Assembly: GCA_009103225.1 (NCBI GenBank)
Contig: RHPI01003244.1
Coordinates: forward strand, 1 to 64,000
Direction of reading: 5' to 3'
Origin: Chlorokybus atmophyticus
Lineage: Eukaryota; Plantae; Mesostigma and Chlorokybus algae
DNA length: 64,000 nucleotides
Each line of letters begins with the position of its first letter. Position 1 is the stretch's first letter. The notes beneath the pieces were generated by a model, which was given only the letters and a program-made list of their open reading frames with translations, ran no database searches and was not told where the DNA came from. Below are positions 47,646-61,892 of the stretch, one piece after another. Made by a program: the position numbers and the translations under genes.

Positions 47646-50600
47646 TCATACTTGCTCTACAAACAGAAAGTGAACAGTGTGCAACGCTATGACTGAGCTA
47701 CGCAAAAGTGTCGCCACAAAAATGTTTAACTGCCTGACTTGGACTCGTTGACTCTTATAGGGTAGGACCATCGCTGTCAATAGGTGCACAAAGAATGCGA
47801 AGCTCCCGGTCTTGGCATCAACATTAGCGAGATACGTAGGCGTATCCACAGCAAAGCTCTGGGAGAGGATATCAACAGGACCCAGCTTGGGGATGTTGTT
47901 GAAGAAGTTTGTCGGCGGAGCTGCGCCGGTAAAGAATGACAGGAAGCTAAACTGCTCGGAATAAGCGATGGGTGAATACGGGTAAGACGGCGGGACCATC
48001 ACAAGCTCGCCGACCACTTCGACGTGCGTGCCATCGCTAATGACTGTGCCGTTGGGGAAGGAAGCAAGCGTGTTGCTGTTGCCTTTGACACCATAGTTAA
48101 CTTTCAAACGTGTCAGCGTGGTAGTGGTTAACGATGCCAGAGCCTGCAATGCATCATACTGTTCAGCATTAAGGGTTTACCTCAACCCTATTGAGACAAC
48201 AAGTTGACAGTGTACGACAACTTACTGGGTCCATGGCGGGGAACAGGGCAGAGAGACCAACTTCAGCAAGCTCTGGGAAGCTAAACACTGGGCAGTTGTG
48301 AGAGATAGCGAATGACAGATGGGCGAGTGCAATCTTATCGTTGGTGTGCAGTATATAATCTCCCTCAACACCACCGTCCAGAGCAGTGCCCTTCAACTCA
48401 GGCGGTAGCGGGTATTTTGCGCAGATTGCAGGATTGGTCTTGACGATGCCGAAAGCACTAAGCCTGGGCAGAAAGGCGTCCAACTGACACATGCAGGCAC
48501 ACCATGGCAAGCTGTCGCACTATCAACTACTGGGTCTCACTTGGCACGAGAGACAGTTCAAGATTGCTCACCTGCGTCTTGGTGATGTTCTGCTCAGCGG
48601 CAGCAATGAAGGGATCATACTCGTTGCTGACCCACGCGCCGCCGGTGAGTCCTCAACCCCACTCCAGGGCCTCTCCGAGCCTGAGAACCTTGTGAAAAGC
48701 TGTCAGCTTCACCGGCGTGCCGCTGGTGGCGTAGATGAAGAAGGGCCAGCCCAGGGGCACCGATAAGAAGTATTGCTTGCGGAGGGATGTTGTGTTGGAC
48801 AACAGGGGCATGAACGGGTTGGCGCCATTCGCCATGCCAATGAAAGCAGACCCTGCATGCACACAAATGAAACAATGAGGTAAACTGTAGACTTTATGAC
48901 GCATGCAATGTGGGGCTTACCCTCTTGCATGAAGATGTAGGAAGCAGCATTTGCCAGATATTGGGCCAAACAATCCGCACTCTTCAATGGTAATAACTGA
49001 GAAGGCAATTCTTTGCTCCTGGAAAAGTCGGATACCATCGGCGCTAAAAATCTTGCCAGCAGGAAAGACATGAGCCGGGGGCTGATCCTCCATTATCAGA
49101 GAGATGTGGGTCTTCAGGAGGTTGACACCCTCGGCCAAGGCCACCTTCACGCTTCTGGGCTTCACGAACGCCCTGCCACCATCATAGGCTAGTGCCGCGA
49201 GTCTGGAGTCGAATTTTGTGCTGAAGTGGAAGGCGTCAAACCAGGCATGGGCTCTAGCAGTGGTGCGAAGATGATGGTTGGGCTTCCCACTCTTGGTCTG
49301 GGCACAGGTGTTGCTCTGGAACAGTTTGCCAGACCCGCAGCAGGCACCTGGGAAAGTGAAGTCTGCACACAGACAACGACAACGATGAGGACGGATACCA
49401 GCACTACCAACAACAAGCCCATAAGAGGTGTGCACATGCTGAGCGGGCTTACGAAATTTCTCAGCGGCTTCAGTGATACTGTAGACATCCAGATAGACAA
49501 TGTTGAGAGTGGACTTGGTGCGTCTCAGATGGCGGATGGCTGCATTGATGGCTTTGTTGGTTTCGGTCACAGCGGCATTGATAGCTGGAGGAGCAGAGTA
49601 ACGTTGATAAGCGGAGGTCTCAATGAGGTACGACGCGAACAACATGCATGTTCAGTGAACATTGTTCAAGCACAACACATAAGTGCACGGCAACCAACCT
49701 GCATCGTTGGTCACTTGTCCGCCGGAAACAGTGACTGCAGCGGGAGAACAGCCAACGGCAGGAAGGCCAGCAATGACAAAGCTGCGAGCACCAGTGTTGA
49801 AGAGATCAAGGACAGTGCTCGTGAGAGTTGACCTCACAACCGAGGCATAGCTCTCAGGCACAATTAGTACATGACCTTACGAAATAACAATCCCAATGCA
49901 ACCTTGATGCAACTGCATGTATAGCAAACCTTGGCGCCAGCAGGCTGCGTGAGTCCGTTGGTAGCGGCCACAAACTCATCACTGCCAGACCAAATGACAC
50001 ACAGCGCCCTCGACACCAGAGTGGGATAGATGTAGCCTCCGCCAATAAGGGACTGAAACTGGCTGACCTGGCTCTTCAACCCATTTGTCACACCGAATGG
50101 TAAAATTGCGGCAATGTAGCAACTGCCAATGGTGCCGAAGCTGACGCCATTGCAGAAATCCTTGAAGGTGGATCCAGCCTTGGGACCCTTGCCGTAAGCC
50201 TTGAGAGCGCCAGTTCCAAGCCTTTCAGCTGGAGGCACCAATGCACACATGTTTAACACAACGTGCATAGTGCATAGGGTATAACAGAGGGGCCACAAGC
50301 AAACAAGCAGACACACAACAACCAAAGCAATATAGACCACCACAAGGCACATACAACTAGCTAGCTATGGGGCTGGACCTATGTGCATGCAAGGCAGGCA
50401 GTGAGGCAGGCAGTAGGCAGGCAGTAGCAGCTATAATGGCCCTGCCAAACTACCTGCACAAGGTAGGAGCATGTGCTGATGATGGTGACATTGTACATGA
50501 CACAAGTGATTCACCCAGCAGCTCCGGAAAGACTGGGCCGTTGGAGAATCGACCCTTAATGTAGGGGCCAAAGGCTGGTTGGAAGCAGGTGTCATCCACG

Positions 50601-50876
50601 CAGCTGGACTGACCGACAATGGCTGCAACGCTGCCAATGTCCACGGCAGAATCACCAAAGGCAAAGACAGGAGTGGAGGGTGGGAGGGGAACCTGAGAGG
50701 ATGAAGCTTGGTCTTAAAAATAAGTGAACATGATATGTTCACTTACTTACTTCAGCAGTCACACCCTTTGCATGCACCAGAAACAGCATGAGTAGACTAT
50801 GGAACATACTCACTGACTCCTCAGTAGCGCATGCCACCAGGGTTACGCCCACGAAGGCAACGAGGGCAAGTCTCAT
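47646..50876 (-). CDS. Secreted GDSL/SGNH esterase-lipase fused to an unrecognised ~400-aa C-terminal region; one in-frame TGA at 48655-48653
   Basis: Signal peptide MRLALVAFVGVTLVACA, then FAFGDSAVDIG, GRFSNGPVF, GARSFVIAGLPAVGCSP, ACCG and WFDAFH. Downstream exons splice in phase. Confidence 0.85.
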
Positions 50877-51445
50877 CCTGTCACACGCATAGGTTTGTGA
50901 GTGCGCTTTAGCAAGCAAAGCAGTGCACACACTCCCTGCTTCAAAGCAGCAATGCAGCAGGGCAAGTTGCTTAACCAAAATCTCTTCTCTGTGCCATGCA
51001 TTCACCTTGCAAACTCAAGCCCGATTGGCGTCAAGCGCCATGCAACCAACAACGACGTAACATGCCAATAAGCTGAAGTGAGCCACGCAGCTGTGCTGAC
51101 CTGTGGGGCTGGACAACAGCGGTGCCCGCTTCATCTTTTCATCATGTTTATTATTATTGAAGATGGAGGATGCCATGCGACAAGACCGTCTGACTGTGAC
51201 AGTTGCTCAGACCACCTTCCTGCACTGTCTTGTCACAGCTGACGGTCAACTGCGCTGCTACTGCTTGCCACCTCTCGGCAGCTGCAGAAGGGAAGCTCTG
51301 GTTCTGTGGTAACCTCGAGCACGCCACCTATGGCTGCTGCTTTCCGTTGCTGCCCGCTCTGCCGCTCCAGGCTGAGGTCCTCAGCGTCCATCGCGGTGTC
51401 CTGACATACGCCGCATGCCAATGCTGAATTGCGGAGACAGTAAAT

Positions 51446-51761
<316 letters not shown>

Positions 51762-52901
51762 NAATCGCAGATGTACACATGTACACAACATGTGGTCTGT
51801 ATACCACTTGTAATTGCGCACGCATCATAACTTTCACAAGAGGTGCTAAAAGCAACTCCCAAAGCGGAAACGGGCCTCATACAAGGCGCACGCTCACACA
51901 GGCTCACAGCAAACAACAACTGCAACAAATAGATGGGGTTCAAGTAGAGCTTTTACGTAACTAGGCTGACGGATTCCATGACCTTAAGGCAGCAGCAAGG
52001 CACATCAATGGTAGGGCAAGGATAGAAGCAGGCAGGCAAATGGCAAGGGACATACATACACATGCAGCAACAGTAGCCACATACCAGCACACAATCAACC
52101 ACAAAAGCCATCACACGTTCAACCACCACATCAAACACTAGCGTTACAGCTCACCTAGCACACATACATGAGCATTCGCATCCGCATCTTGCATTCTATG
52201 TACTAAAGTAATTACCAGCCCTACCGCTGACACTGAATACAGGTGGAGTCACCATGCCAAGCGGAATGTTAACCAGGTCGGGAAGTCTGTACTGCTCTTG
52301 GCAGCACACTACACGCACCCATGTACACATAGAAAAGATGCAGTGACTGCGACATACTATGCGCATAAAATGCTTGCACACGTGTGTCGCAATGCCGCGT
52401 TAGTCATAGCCAACAACAGCAGCATGGTAGCATACAAGGCAACGGCAAGCAAGCAAGCAAGCAAAGGGCTGGCCCAAACCCTTTGCCAGCTAACGCAGTT
52501 GCACCTTGCACATTTTGTACATCTGCAGGGTGGTGCAAAACGCCTGCCCACCCATACATGTGTACAGAGTACTTGTGCAACATATATGAATGTAAAGCAC
52601 CTTGAAACGCGCAGGACTTCGCAGCCAAACAATGCCTCACCAGACTTGACCAAGCAAGTAACGGTATTACTGCTCACCACACTGGGCCAAAGTGGCCAAC
52701 CAGTTGATGAAGGTCTGAAACATCAGCTGCGCTTTGAACACTTGGCGTGTGACATCAAGATCAACACAACCAGCATGTATTTTAAAGTCAACACGCTTGC
52801 CTGAAACACTATCAACAATTTGACATCAATATGCCTGGTTTAACAAGAACAGCTATCCCACAGCTAAGTTCACCACCGACATCAACGGTTGAGTTGATTA
52901 A

Positions 52902-55900
52902 TCAAAATCCTCGAGATCCATGGTGTATCAGGCTGCTCTGGTGGTGCATGACTGCCGGATCGATGTCATCTTGAGGGATGACATCGCGTCCCGTGCGCTT
53001 GGACTTGCCATTGAAAGCATGCTGCCAGTGGGACGCACCAGCATGTTGCTCATGGACCTGCAGGTAGCCAACCAATCAGCCGTGCTCAGCTTACAAAGTT
53101 GCAAACACCCTTATATTGCTCGTTGTGCTGTACATGCATTGAAATTGGGAACATAAGAAGGTTGCAACTTCACAGAGCATACAGACTGGCAGTGGTTGCT
53201 TGAATGTGATGGCGACTGTAGATGGCCTCTGCCGTGCATGTCCAGCAACAGAGTGCGCATGCAGACATGCCCTGAGTCAGCATGTGTGATGTAGCACCCC
53301 GTACACACTGACCTTTGGGCCCCCGCTGAAGGTGCGAGGCAGTAAACCTTCAATGTCAGCTCCAACACCAGCCGGCAGATCAACAAGTGCTGAGTTGAAG
53401 TGTGATGCTGGGGCAGAGCGCGATTGATGGGGGTCGTTCCCTCTCCAGTGGTCGCCTTCATCATCGTGGAAGCGCCTGCCACCCCAAACAAGTGTTAACT
53501 GCAATGTGGGAAAGACATGCTACACTACCAATAGCCTTGCTCGCACAGTTTTCTTGCTTGTGTAGGCGTGAACTCCTTTTCCTGCTCAACCCGTTTCAAC
53601 GGGTCTTCACGACCCTGTTCCTTCAGCACCTGTTGGCACAGTTGACCATGAATGTGCGTGCTAAGCCCTCCCACGATTGTGGCGTCTGGTTTTGTGAAAA
53701 GTGAGTTTTGTTGCTGTGTATGCGTGCTCACCTCTTCACGTGGCCTCGCAGCACCGAACACTGAAGAAGGCCGCACGCTGTTGCAAACAAAGTGTATATT
53801 GTGCATGTGGGAACAGACACAACAGACAAGCTCTGGTGCGTGCTGTACAGCTCGAAAATGGTTGTGTGCCATCCAAGCTAACATGCAGCAGTACCCGCTG
53901 GCCGTGGTCACTTCTGTCTTGGGTGTCGTCCGCGGCTTCAGGTTCAGCTTCGGGCGTTCCTTGGAAGGAGAAGCCTGTTTGCACAACACAGTCAGCATGT
54001 GGCATTGCACACAAGCCTAGGTACCACCCATTAATGACTATTGGCTCATCACCTACCTCCTTAGCGGTGTCCAAACCCAGCTGCTGCGACCGCGGTGTCC
54101 AGGCTGGATGCTCAGAGGGACTCTGCTCTCTTTGCTCGTTGAAGAACCGCACAGCATTCTCCGTGGCAGGCTGCGAGGCATAATGACTGGCGCTCGTAGC
54201 TGAGGACCAACTGTGCGGGCTGGGCTCTTGGCGCCACTGCTTGCTTGGAGTTGAAGCACCGGGAATATCAATAAGCGCAGATTGGAAGCGACCGGGAGGC
54301 CCACCTGAGAAGCGCAATGTTCAGTACAAGACTGTTCAATGACGTGTCTCAAGTTTAGCGCGTAACACAAGCATGGGATACCAACCAGGCATGGATGTAT
54401 ATGAGAGCGACTGGTCGGCTGGCAGTGGATGTCCGGGGCTTGAAGGGAGCTTCACACGAGTGAGCCTGCTCGCCATCTGGTTGACACCATTGCCGTGTCC
54501 TTGTGCATCACCAGGATGCCTGTGCAAGAGCTCAGTTGCGAACTGGTTGCAAAACCAGAGACAATGCCTGTGTCCTCGTGGAGCGTAAGGGCACACATTT
54601 GTCAAGGATTTACAACATGCAAGATACAGATATAAGACTTGCTGCAAGGCACACATCATCTCATGTGTAAGTACCCTTGTGTGTAAACACGCTGCAGTAC
54701 ATCTTGGGGCTCAGCACCATGCAATGCTATATCGGCGGACGAGATGTGGTGAGGGTAGCTGTGATGGTCATTGGTAGCCATCCGGTCTAAGTCTTCTCTA
54801 GGGTAGTCTCCTATCAGCTTGCTGTAGAGAGAGTGGTGTCAGCGCACCAATTAATACTGTACTCAACAGCACACTAGCCCGTGTCAGTGCACAACCACAC
54901 GCATTCATTCATTGTCACCTTTTAAACTCGGGGGCGATTGCATTTGTAGACCACCCCGCAACAGCACCCGATTTGCTATAACTACTTGCTGGATCCATTA
55001 TGCCCCTATCAGAGCGGGCTGCGTATTCATGAGGGTAAGCACCATACGACGTGCCGGCAGGAGGGCCTGCTGCAGCACCCTTCCATGGCGGGTTTGTTGC
55101 GGGCGAGCGACTGGCGAGTGCACCATTGTGAGGGGATGATGCATACGAGTCGCGAGGCGCCGAAGGTGCAGCCACGGAGGCGGCTTTGGAATAAGTTGGT
55201 GCAGGCCATGGTTGGGGTTCTGCCAACCGCCCTTGACCTTCCACGCCATACTCCCGAGGCGGTGGCATGTGTACGGGCTGATGATGCGCGTAGCTGCTGT
55301 ACTGCGAGCTGGTTGAGCCGCTGCCAGGCCGCCGCTCGTCCTCATCGTAGTGGCCTCTGCTAGTTATAGGCGAGTCGCGGAAGTTGTTGTTGTTGAGAGG
55401 TGAGCCGACGAAGGAACCAGGCTGCCCATTGTAGCCTCCATAGCTGCCGTGTTGCTTCGACTGCCGGTATGCGTAGCTGAAGTTGGGGTCTGCCGAACTG
55501 TGAAACAGAAGCAAAACAGAAGCAAAACATACTCAGCACTAGATACAGCGCAGCGGCATCCCAACAGACTGCTACGAGCTACTTGGACGTTGTTGTTTGT
55601 CGGTCTCAAAGCAGGAGCAGGAGAGACAATGATGGACGTGTTCGACACAACATTCCATCTCGAGCACTAGCCCTGTCAAGTGACTCGTAACTTTGCTCAA
55701 CTTGAACCTTAACGACGGAGCCGCATGAACAACTGCTACACTCATCTCCACTTCTACTCCATGAAGCGGCTAAAATGTGCAACACACGTGGGCTAACTCT
55801 ATATACAAGTGGCCATGCTCTGTGAGACCATCACCAAACGAGCCATGGACGAGTTGACACTGAGTTGAGCTTTGCAGTGGTATCACGCCAACCAAACGAC

Positions 55901-56278
55901 AGCATGCTTGGGCCAACTAACATGGTGGTTACTGCAGATGAATGCCGGTAGAAGCAATTGACGACACATACGCGATGATCCGGCATTGTTGGGCATTGCG
56001 TTGTTGTCCAAACAGTCCGAGGCGGCAGACAGGGCGGAGACCTAACCAATGATGTGCTGCACAAGTTGTAATACCCATCGCCGATACCCATTGCAAAACG
56101 CAATGCATTAAACAGGTTGGCATTGTAACGCATCACAGCAAGTCGTCCAACACACAAATGAACAAACGAGCAAACGAATAACATCCGACCTGCCGGGCTT
56201 GGAGGGCAGGCCCAGCTCCGTTTTTATGCTGCCGCCGTGGAAGTCCTTGAGGGACATGGCCTTCTTTTTTGCCGACAT
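52902..56278 (-). CDS. Plant-type low-complexity protein with eIF4B-like C-terminal motifs, multi-exon
   Basis: First exon MSAKKKAMSLKDFHGGSIKTELGLPSKPG, internal HYDEDERRP, then ERPKLNLKPR and SSVFGAARPREEVLKEQG. Some internal exon boundaries and the last exon are uncertain. Confidence 0.7.
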
Positions 56279-56684
56279 GTTGTCCACAGCGCCTATGACT
56301 ATGACTCACCCACCCACCCCCACCGCCGCAGCAACACCGCCGCCTCGTGCTGCCGCCTGGGGTGCCACTCAATCAATGCCGCAGTGCCCAACAAACTTTT
56401 TGTGCTTCTGCTTTCTGATGGTGGAGAAACCCTAACTCAGTCAGACTAACAGAGACGCGATTGATGCACGCTGCTGAATCAGTGAAGTGAACGTCAAGGG
56501 AGGAGTGATCCAGGAGCAGGTGCTTACGTCTCTGTGTGAACTATTTCGTCAGTCAATCTGGCCACGGATTCCTGGTTGCTTAAGCGGCGGCGGCGGCGGC
56601 GGCGTTGGGGTCGTCGTGGTCATTGTCGTGACTGCTGCGGGGGCGTATTCCAACTGAGAGCAACAGTTGGAGGTGCCGCCAGCT

Positions 56685-59361
56685 ATGCTCGCTGTGCAGA
56701 ACGGTGAGAGGTCCATGCAGCTAGTGGACGCTGCCTCCCCGCCGCCTCGGAAGAGGCTGAAGGTCACGGTGGATACTGAGGCACAGGGTGCCGGAGCCTT
56801 TGTGGTTCACTTTCCCTCAGGCAAGTGTGCTTGGTGTTTTCTTTTCTTCATCGCCGTTGTAAGATGATTTACTCTTGACAGAATCTTACCATGCACGCAA
56901 TACGCAATTTGAAGCGATTGCATGCACAGCCCGTCCATGACATGCTCAGACAAGTGCATCCGCCCGGTGCAACCTTCCTTCTCACAGCATGAGCACACAT
57001 TCGCCGAGGATGTATGCACCGGCGTGCGCAAGCTCGAACACTGTGACTTTGTGACTGTCATTGCAAGCAGACTGACTTGTCTTCACTGTCTTTCTTTATC
57101 TCTCTCCAGGGACTGATCCTTCTCGTCAGGACTTGCGCTACGAGGTCTACCAGGGCACTGGTCCCAAGTCTTGGCACCGCATCGTGGTGGCTCGCGGCAG
57201 GGACGTCGATTACATCGCGCGCAACTTCGGCCGTCACGACGACAGTCGAGGGAGCAACGCCGAAGCGTGCCAGTACGCGGTCGGGGTGTACGACCCAGCC
57301 ACAGGTGCAATCACGGTGCGACGAGGGATTGAGAGAGAGAGTCTGGTGCATGCGCATGGATGATGATGGTGAAGTGTGCGTGCGAGCATTGGTCCACAAT
57401 GCAGATCTGCCCTCAACACACGCACGTGCGTGAAGCAAGCAATGTATGCGCACATGTGCACAAGTATGTTGTTTGTGCTTGGTACACCGATGGGCGCTGA
57501 CACCCACGTGTGCGCATGCATGCGTGCGTGCACACACACATGCACACGCGCACACGCATGCGCACACATACATGCGCACACGTACATGCGAACAGAGTAG
57601 AGCACGCCAACACCGTGATTGCGCTGCAGGTGACGCCGGTGGAGACTGGGAAGGTGCTGCGCATGGGCGCGCGAGTGCACGGCGAAGACTACCTGGATTT
57701 CCATGACGTGGAAGCAGACGTGCGGACCGCGGACGAGTCCAAAGAGGCCCGGCAGACGGCTTACAGGCAGCTCACCACCGCGTTCGGTAACAAGCGGTCC
57801 AAAAAAGCGGCGGAGAAGCGCGAACGCGCACAGGCAAGCCGATGTGACATTGCCTTGTGAACTGACACATGAGTGCACATACCACAAGTATACATACACT
57901 GTGCACACCGACAACTTGTGCATACACTTTGAAATTTACACAGAACCGTGTACGTGCTTCATACTCAATTGTACCTATCGTTCAAATGCCTGTGGTGTGT
58001 GCGCGCGCATGTACGAATGAGAACACACCGTAGGCACTCATGACCGATGCATATAATCGCGCATGTCAATGTTTTCTAACTCAACCATTCCAACAGGTTG
58101 ACACAAATGCATTCTCTGCCGCTACTGCTGTCGGGGCGATGCTGACTACAGCGGCAGAGACTCAGCTGACCGCCGCGCAAGTCGAGGCTCTCACGTCAGG
58201 CAACCGCAACATCCCTCCTTGCGACCCTGAAGCCGCTAGAGTGGAAGAAGTCTACCCGTTGGACAAGCTCATGACCAGCTCTGAAATCAAAGAACTACCA
58301 GCCAAAGACCTACTCAAGGTGAGTAAAGCTGCGGGTCTTATTGTGCGTGCGCGTGCGCGCGCGCGTGTGCGTGTGTGTTTTATAGTCACATTGATTTGTG
58401 TTGAAGGCTGCGAAGAAGCCAACGGAGGCAGAAAGGTTGCGGCAAGAAGGGGCGTACCCGAAACTGGTGCTGGACAACCTCGGGCGGCTATGTATTACGA
58501 ATGACAAGCAGGGCAACGAGCGCCGAGCTCAGTGCTTGGCTTACTTGACTGCCCTGTTGAAGCTACAATCTTTGCCGGCGGTGCTGAAAGGGGACTTGTC
58601 ACAGATTTCCAGAACATCAGGCATCCCTCAAGGTGAGCTGATCTTAACATATATAATGTTGCTGTGTGGCGACAAGCCAACTAACGGTTCTGTTATTGTA
58701 CATAGGGCTGCTACCGCATGTGTTGAGCAAGTTTGCGGAGAACCAAGCCGAGGGCGGGTCGGCGACGGCGATGTGGGTGCGCCCGAAGCGGCTAGTGGAC
58801 TTGCTTGTTGGCTACATCATCGTGCTTCTGTTGCACGTGCAGGGCTTTGAGGTGGACTCTGTTGTGCTTGGGGAGCAGCTCAAGATGCTACAAGCGCAGG
58901 TATCAGTTGTGGCACAAAAGGGAGTGCACATGGCCATTCCCTGCGCGCGCGCGTGTTCCCCCCCCNNNNNNNNNNNNNNNNNNNNNNNNNNNNNNNNNNN
59001 NNNNNNNNNNNNNNNNNNNNNNNNNNNNNNNNNNNNNNNNNNNNNNNNNNNNNNNNNNNNNNNNNNNNNNNNNNNNNNNNNNNNNNNNNNNNNNNNNNNN
59101 NNNNNNNNNNNNNNNNNNNNNNNNNNNNNNNNNNNNNNNNNNNNNNNNNNNNNNNNNNNNNNNNNNNNNNNNNNNNNNNNNNNNNNNNNNNNNNNNNNNN
59201 NNNNNNNNNNNNNNNNNNNNNNNNNNNNNNNNNNNNNNNNNNNNNNNNNNNNNNNNNNNNNNNNNNNNNNNNNNNNNNNNNNNNNNNNNNNNNNNNNNNN
59301 NNNNNNNNNNNNNNNNNNNNNNNNNNNNNNNNNNNNNNNNNNNNNNNNNNNNNNNNNNNNN

Positions 59362-59412
<51 letters not shown>

Positions 59413-59654
59413 AGTGTGAGTGTGATTGTGATTGTGATTGTGATTGTGATTGTGATTTGCATTGTGCATAGTGTTGGGTCGCCAGCTGGTTGATGGGACC
59501 CTGTTTGCAGGTTGTACACTACGCCAAGGAGCTCGGGTGCAAGGCAAAGCGCATTGCGGGTTCGGCTAAGGAGGGGCGGCAGGCCCGGTATGTCATCTCT
59601 TTAACTGTCCCGCCGTCATTTCCCAAGGGGCCACGAATGCAAAGAAAGCGCTAA
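56685..59654 (+). CDS. RPA49: DNA-directed RNA polymerase I subunit RPA49 (A49/PAF53-like); an N gap (58966-59361) lies in the last intron
   Basis: YAVGVYDPATG, RQLTTAFGNKRSKK, RNIPPCDPEA...VEEVYPLDKL and YIIVLLLHVQGFEVD...KELGC match the A49 family pattern. The start may be 56685 or 56715. Confidence 0.85.
59362..59460. repeat. (CT)n followed by (GTGATT)n-type simple repeats in an RPA49 intron
   Basis: Directly visible next to the N gap. Confidence 0.85.
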
Positions 59655-60162
59655 GCCGCGTCACACCGCGTGACACAGCCTGCGTGCACACAGTCTGCAC
59701 GCATTGGCTAATACACGCGCACTGCAGCTGCTAGTATACATATTTGCCAGTGCATGTGTATCAGCCATTGGTTGTTGTGTGCTTGATGGCTATGCGCGGC
59801 CTTAGGGGCAGCCGCTTTCTGTATTGTCAGGCAGTAGTTGTTGCCACTTCCCTTCCTAGGTACTGTGCCTGCTGGCATTGGCACTTTTGCATGCATGGCT
59901 GTGGGTCAATGGTGCGATGATGCGGTTGGAAGCCGCCAGTCCATAATGGCGGATTGCCGTTAACACCAGGTCGCCAGTGTGAACCTTACATTTGGTTACG
60001 TGTTGAGTTTGTGTGCTTGTCATGCATGTATGTGTCGTGCGTGTTCCAACCCCGCATTGCATACTTTGTGAGCTGCTTGACAACCATTGGTATCGACGAC
60101 TAGTGCAATAATGCAATTCCAACCAGAAATGTGTGCATGCTACAGTCTCGCTCTCTTACTAC

Positions 60163-61264
60163 TCAGCTGAGCTGTTTTACAATGCTGTCCTTGATCTGGT
60201 CCGCGTCTCCCGGCTGCAGCTTGCTCGCATTGCCGCGCCCGAGCTTAACCAGACCTGTTGATTGTGGTCAGGGGACAGTTAGTCCTACCGAAATGCTGAA
60301 TGCTAAGCTGTAGGCCAATCACAAGCACAAGTGCATCTCACCGTCGCCTTCGAAACGCGGGATAAGATGGAAGTGAACATGGAACACCACTTGCCCAGCT
60401 GCAGCGCCGTTGTTCTGCACATGCAAAACGATATTGGTAAGCTTACACGCCATGAGACTTTTCAGCATGAACGAGGCAGTCGGTGAAGGGGGTTGTGTGG
60501 ATGAGAGTAAATACTTCACTTGCCTGCACGACGTTGACGCCATCCGCGCCTGTCGCAGACTGCACCGCAGAAGCCAGCTTCGGCAGCTCCCGGCAGACAT
60601 TGGCGATCACGTCGGCGGGTGCATCGCTCATGTCAGCAAACTGTTTTCGCACAATGCACAACACCATACGCCCGGCATCAGTGCCGATGCTGGTCTATTA
60701 TTGCGTTTCTTTCTCGCATAGTCCACAAGTTGGTTGGTGAGAATGCCCTCACCGCCCGCTAGCGCAACCAACTCTCAGGTCAAATCCCCCTCGCTACCTC
60801 TCTCTCACGCCCACTTGGACACACCCCTCCTAAGTGGCCTCGGCACGGGCCTCACCCATAACTCACACCCATGTTTGATGCATAAGCGATCACATCTCTT
60901 GCATGTGTACTGGGTAGGCAGCTACGTATACATGATTGTGTTGCATGGAACAGCTACATCTGAAACCAGACTGCGCGCTTACGTGTTGTTTTGGTACGAG
61001 TAGTGCGTGTCCTTTGGTCATGGGGAAGGCGTCCAGGAAGGCGAGCGCGTGCTCCGTCTCAAGCAGCTTGTGAGACGGCAGCTGACCGCCGACGATCTGC
61101 GCATGCACACACATACGCATTGCAACGTGGTGTGATACGAACTTGTGTACACGCCCAGTGACTGAGAGAGAGCGCACACACGCAAAAAAAGACTAATACT
61201 AGTCACGTATCAACTAGACTCATACCTTGCAGAAGATGCAGTTGTCGCTGGCCGAAGACGCCAT
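60163..61264 (-). CDS. HINT: HIT (histidine triad) family nucleotide-binding protein, 5 exons
   Basis: MASSASDNCIFCK|IVGGQLPSHK...FLDAFPMTKGHALLVPKQH|FADM...GADGVNVVQ|NNGAAAGQVVFHVHFHLIPRFEGD|GLVKL...QLS*; HxHxH triad present. Confidence 0.93.
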
Positions 61265-61892
61265 GATCACAACTCTGCGGTAGCTGCTTGAGAAAGCTTT
61301 GGTGCGGTGGGAAGCGCTAAACGGCTGCTGTGACTGCGGGCGCAGCCTCAGCAAGCCTCCGCTGCTAGACAGAAGATTTGTTTGTTGAGCTCAGCTGACA
61401 TTACAAACAGAATGGACAAGCAACCATCATGATCAGCATGCCGCAGAAAAAGAGGCAACCAGCATCCCCCTCGCAGTAAGTGCGTATAAAGGCGAAAGCA
61501 GCATGACAGGCATGGCTGCTGATTGTGGTAAGCGCACATACACGTACGCGATTCAGCACTTGCTCGCATTTGAGTAAGAGCTTTATCTGCCCAGCCAGCA
61601 TGCATGCATGTGCCAGGTGTACCTGGCAGCGGCGGCGCCCACTCCGCCACGGACGCCCACGACGCCAATGGCGCCCACGCGCAGCATCCGCCACCGCCGC
61701 CTCCCCACAGCGTTGCCGCCGGCCAGCACTACATTGTGTGCGTTTGTTCCGGCCGGTTCATGGGCGGCGGCGGCGATGGCGTTGCGGTGTTGACAACGAG
61801 AGGCGCCGCTGAAGCTCCTGGCAGGCCTGACCCGGCCTGGTCTGGCCTGGTCCGGGCCTGACGAGAGCCTGGTGTGACAGCGGTTCAACGCC

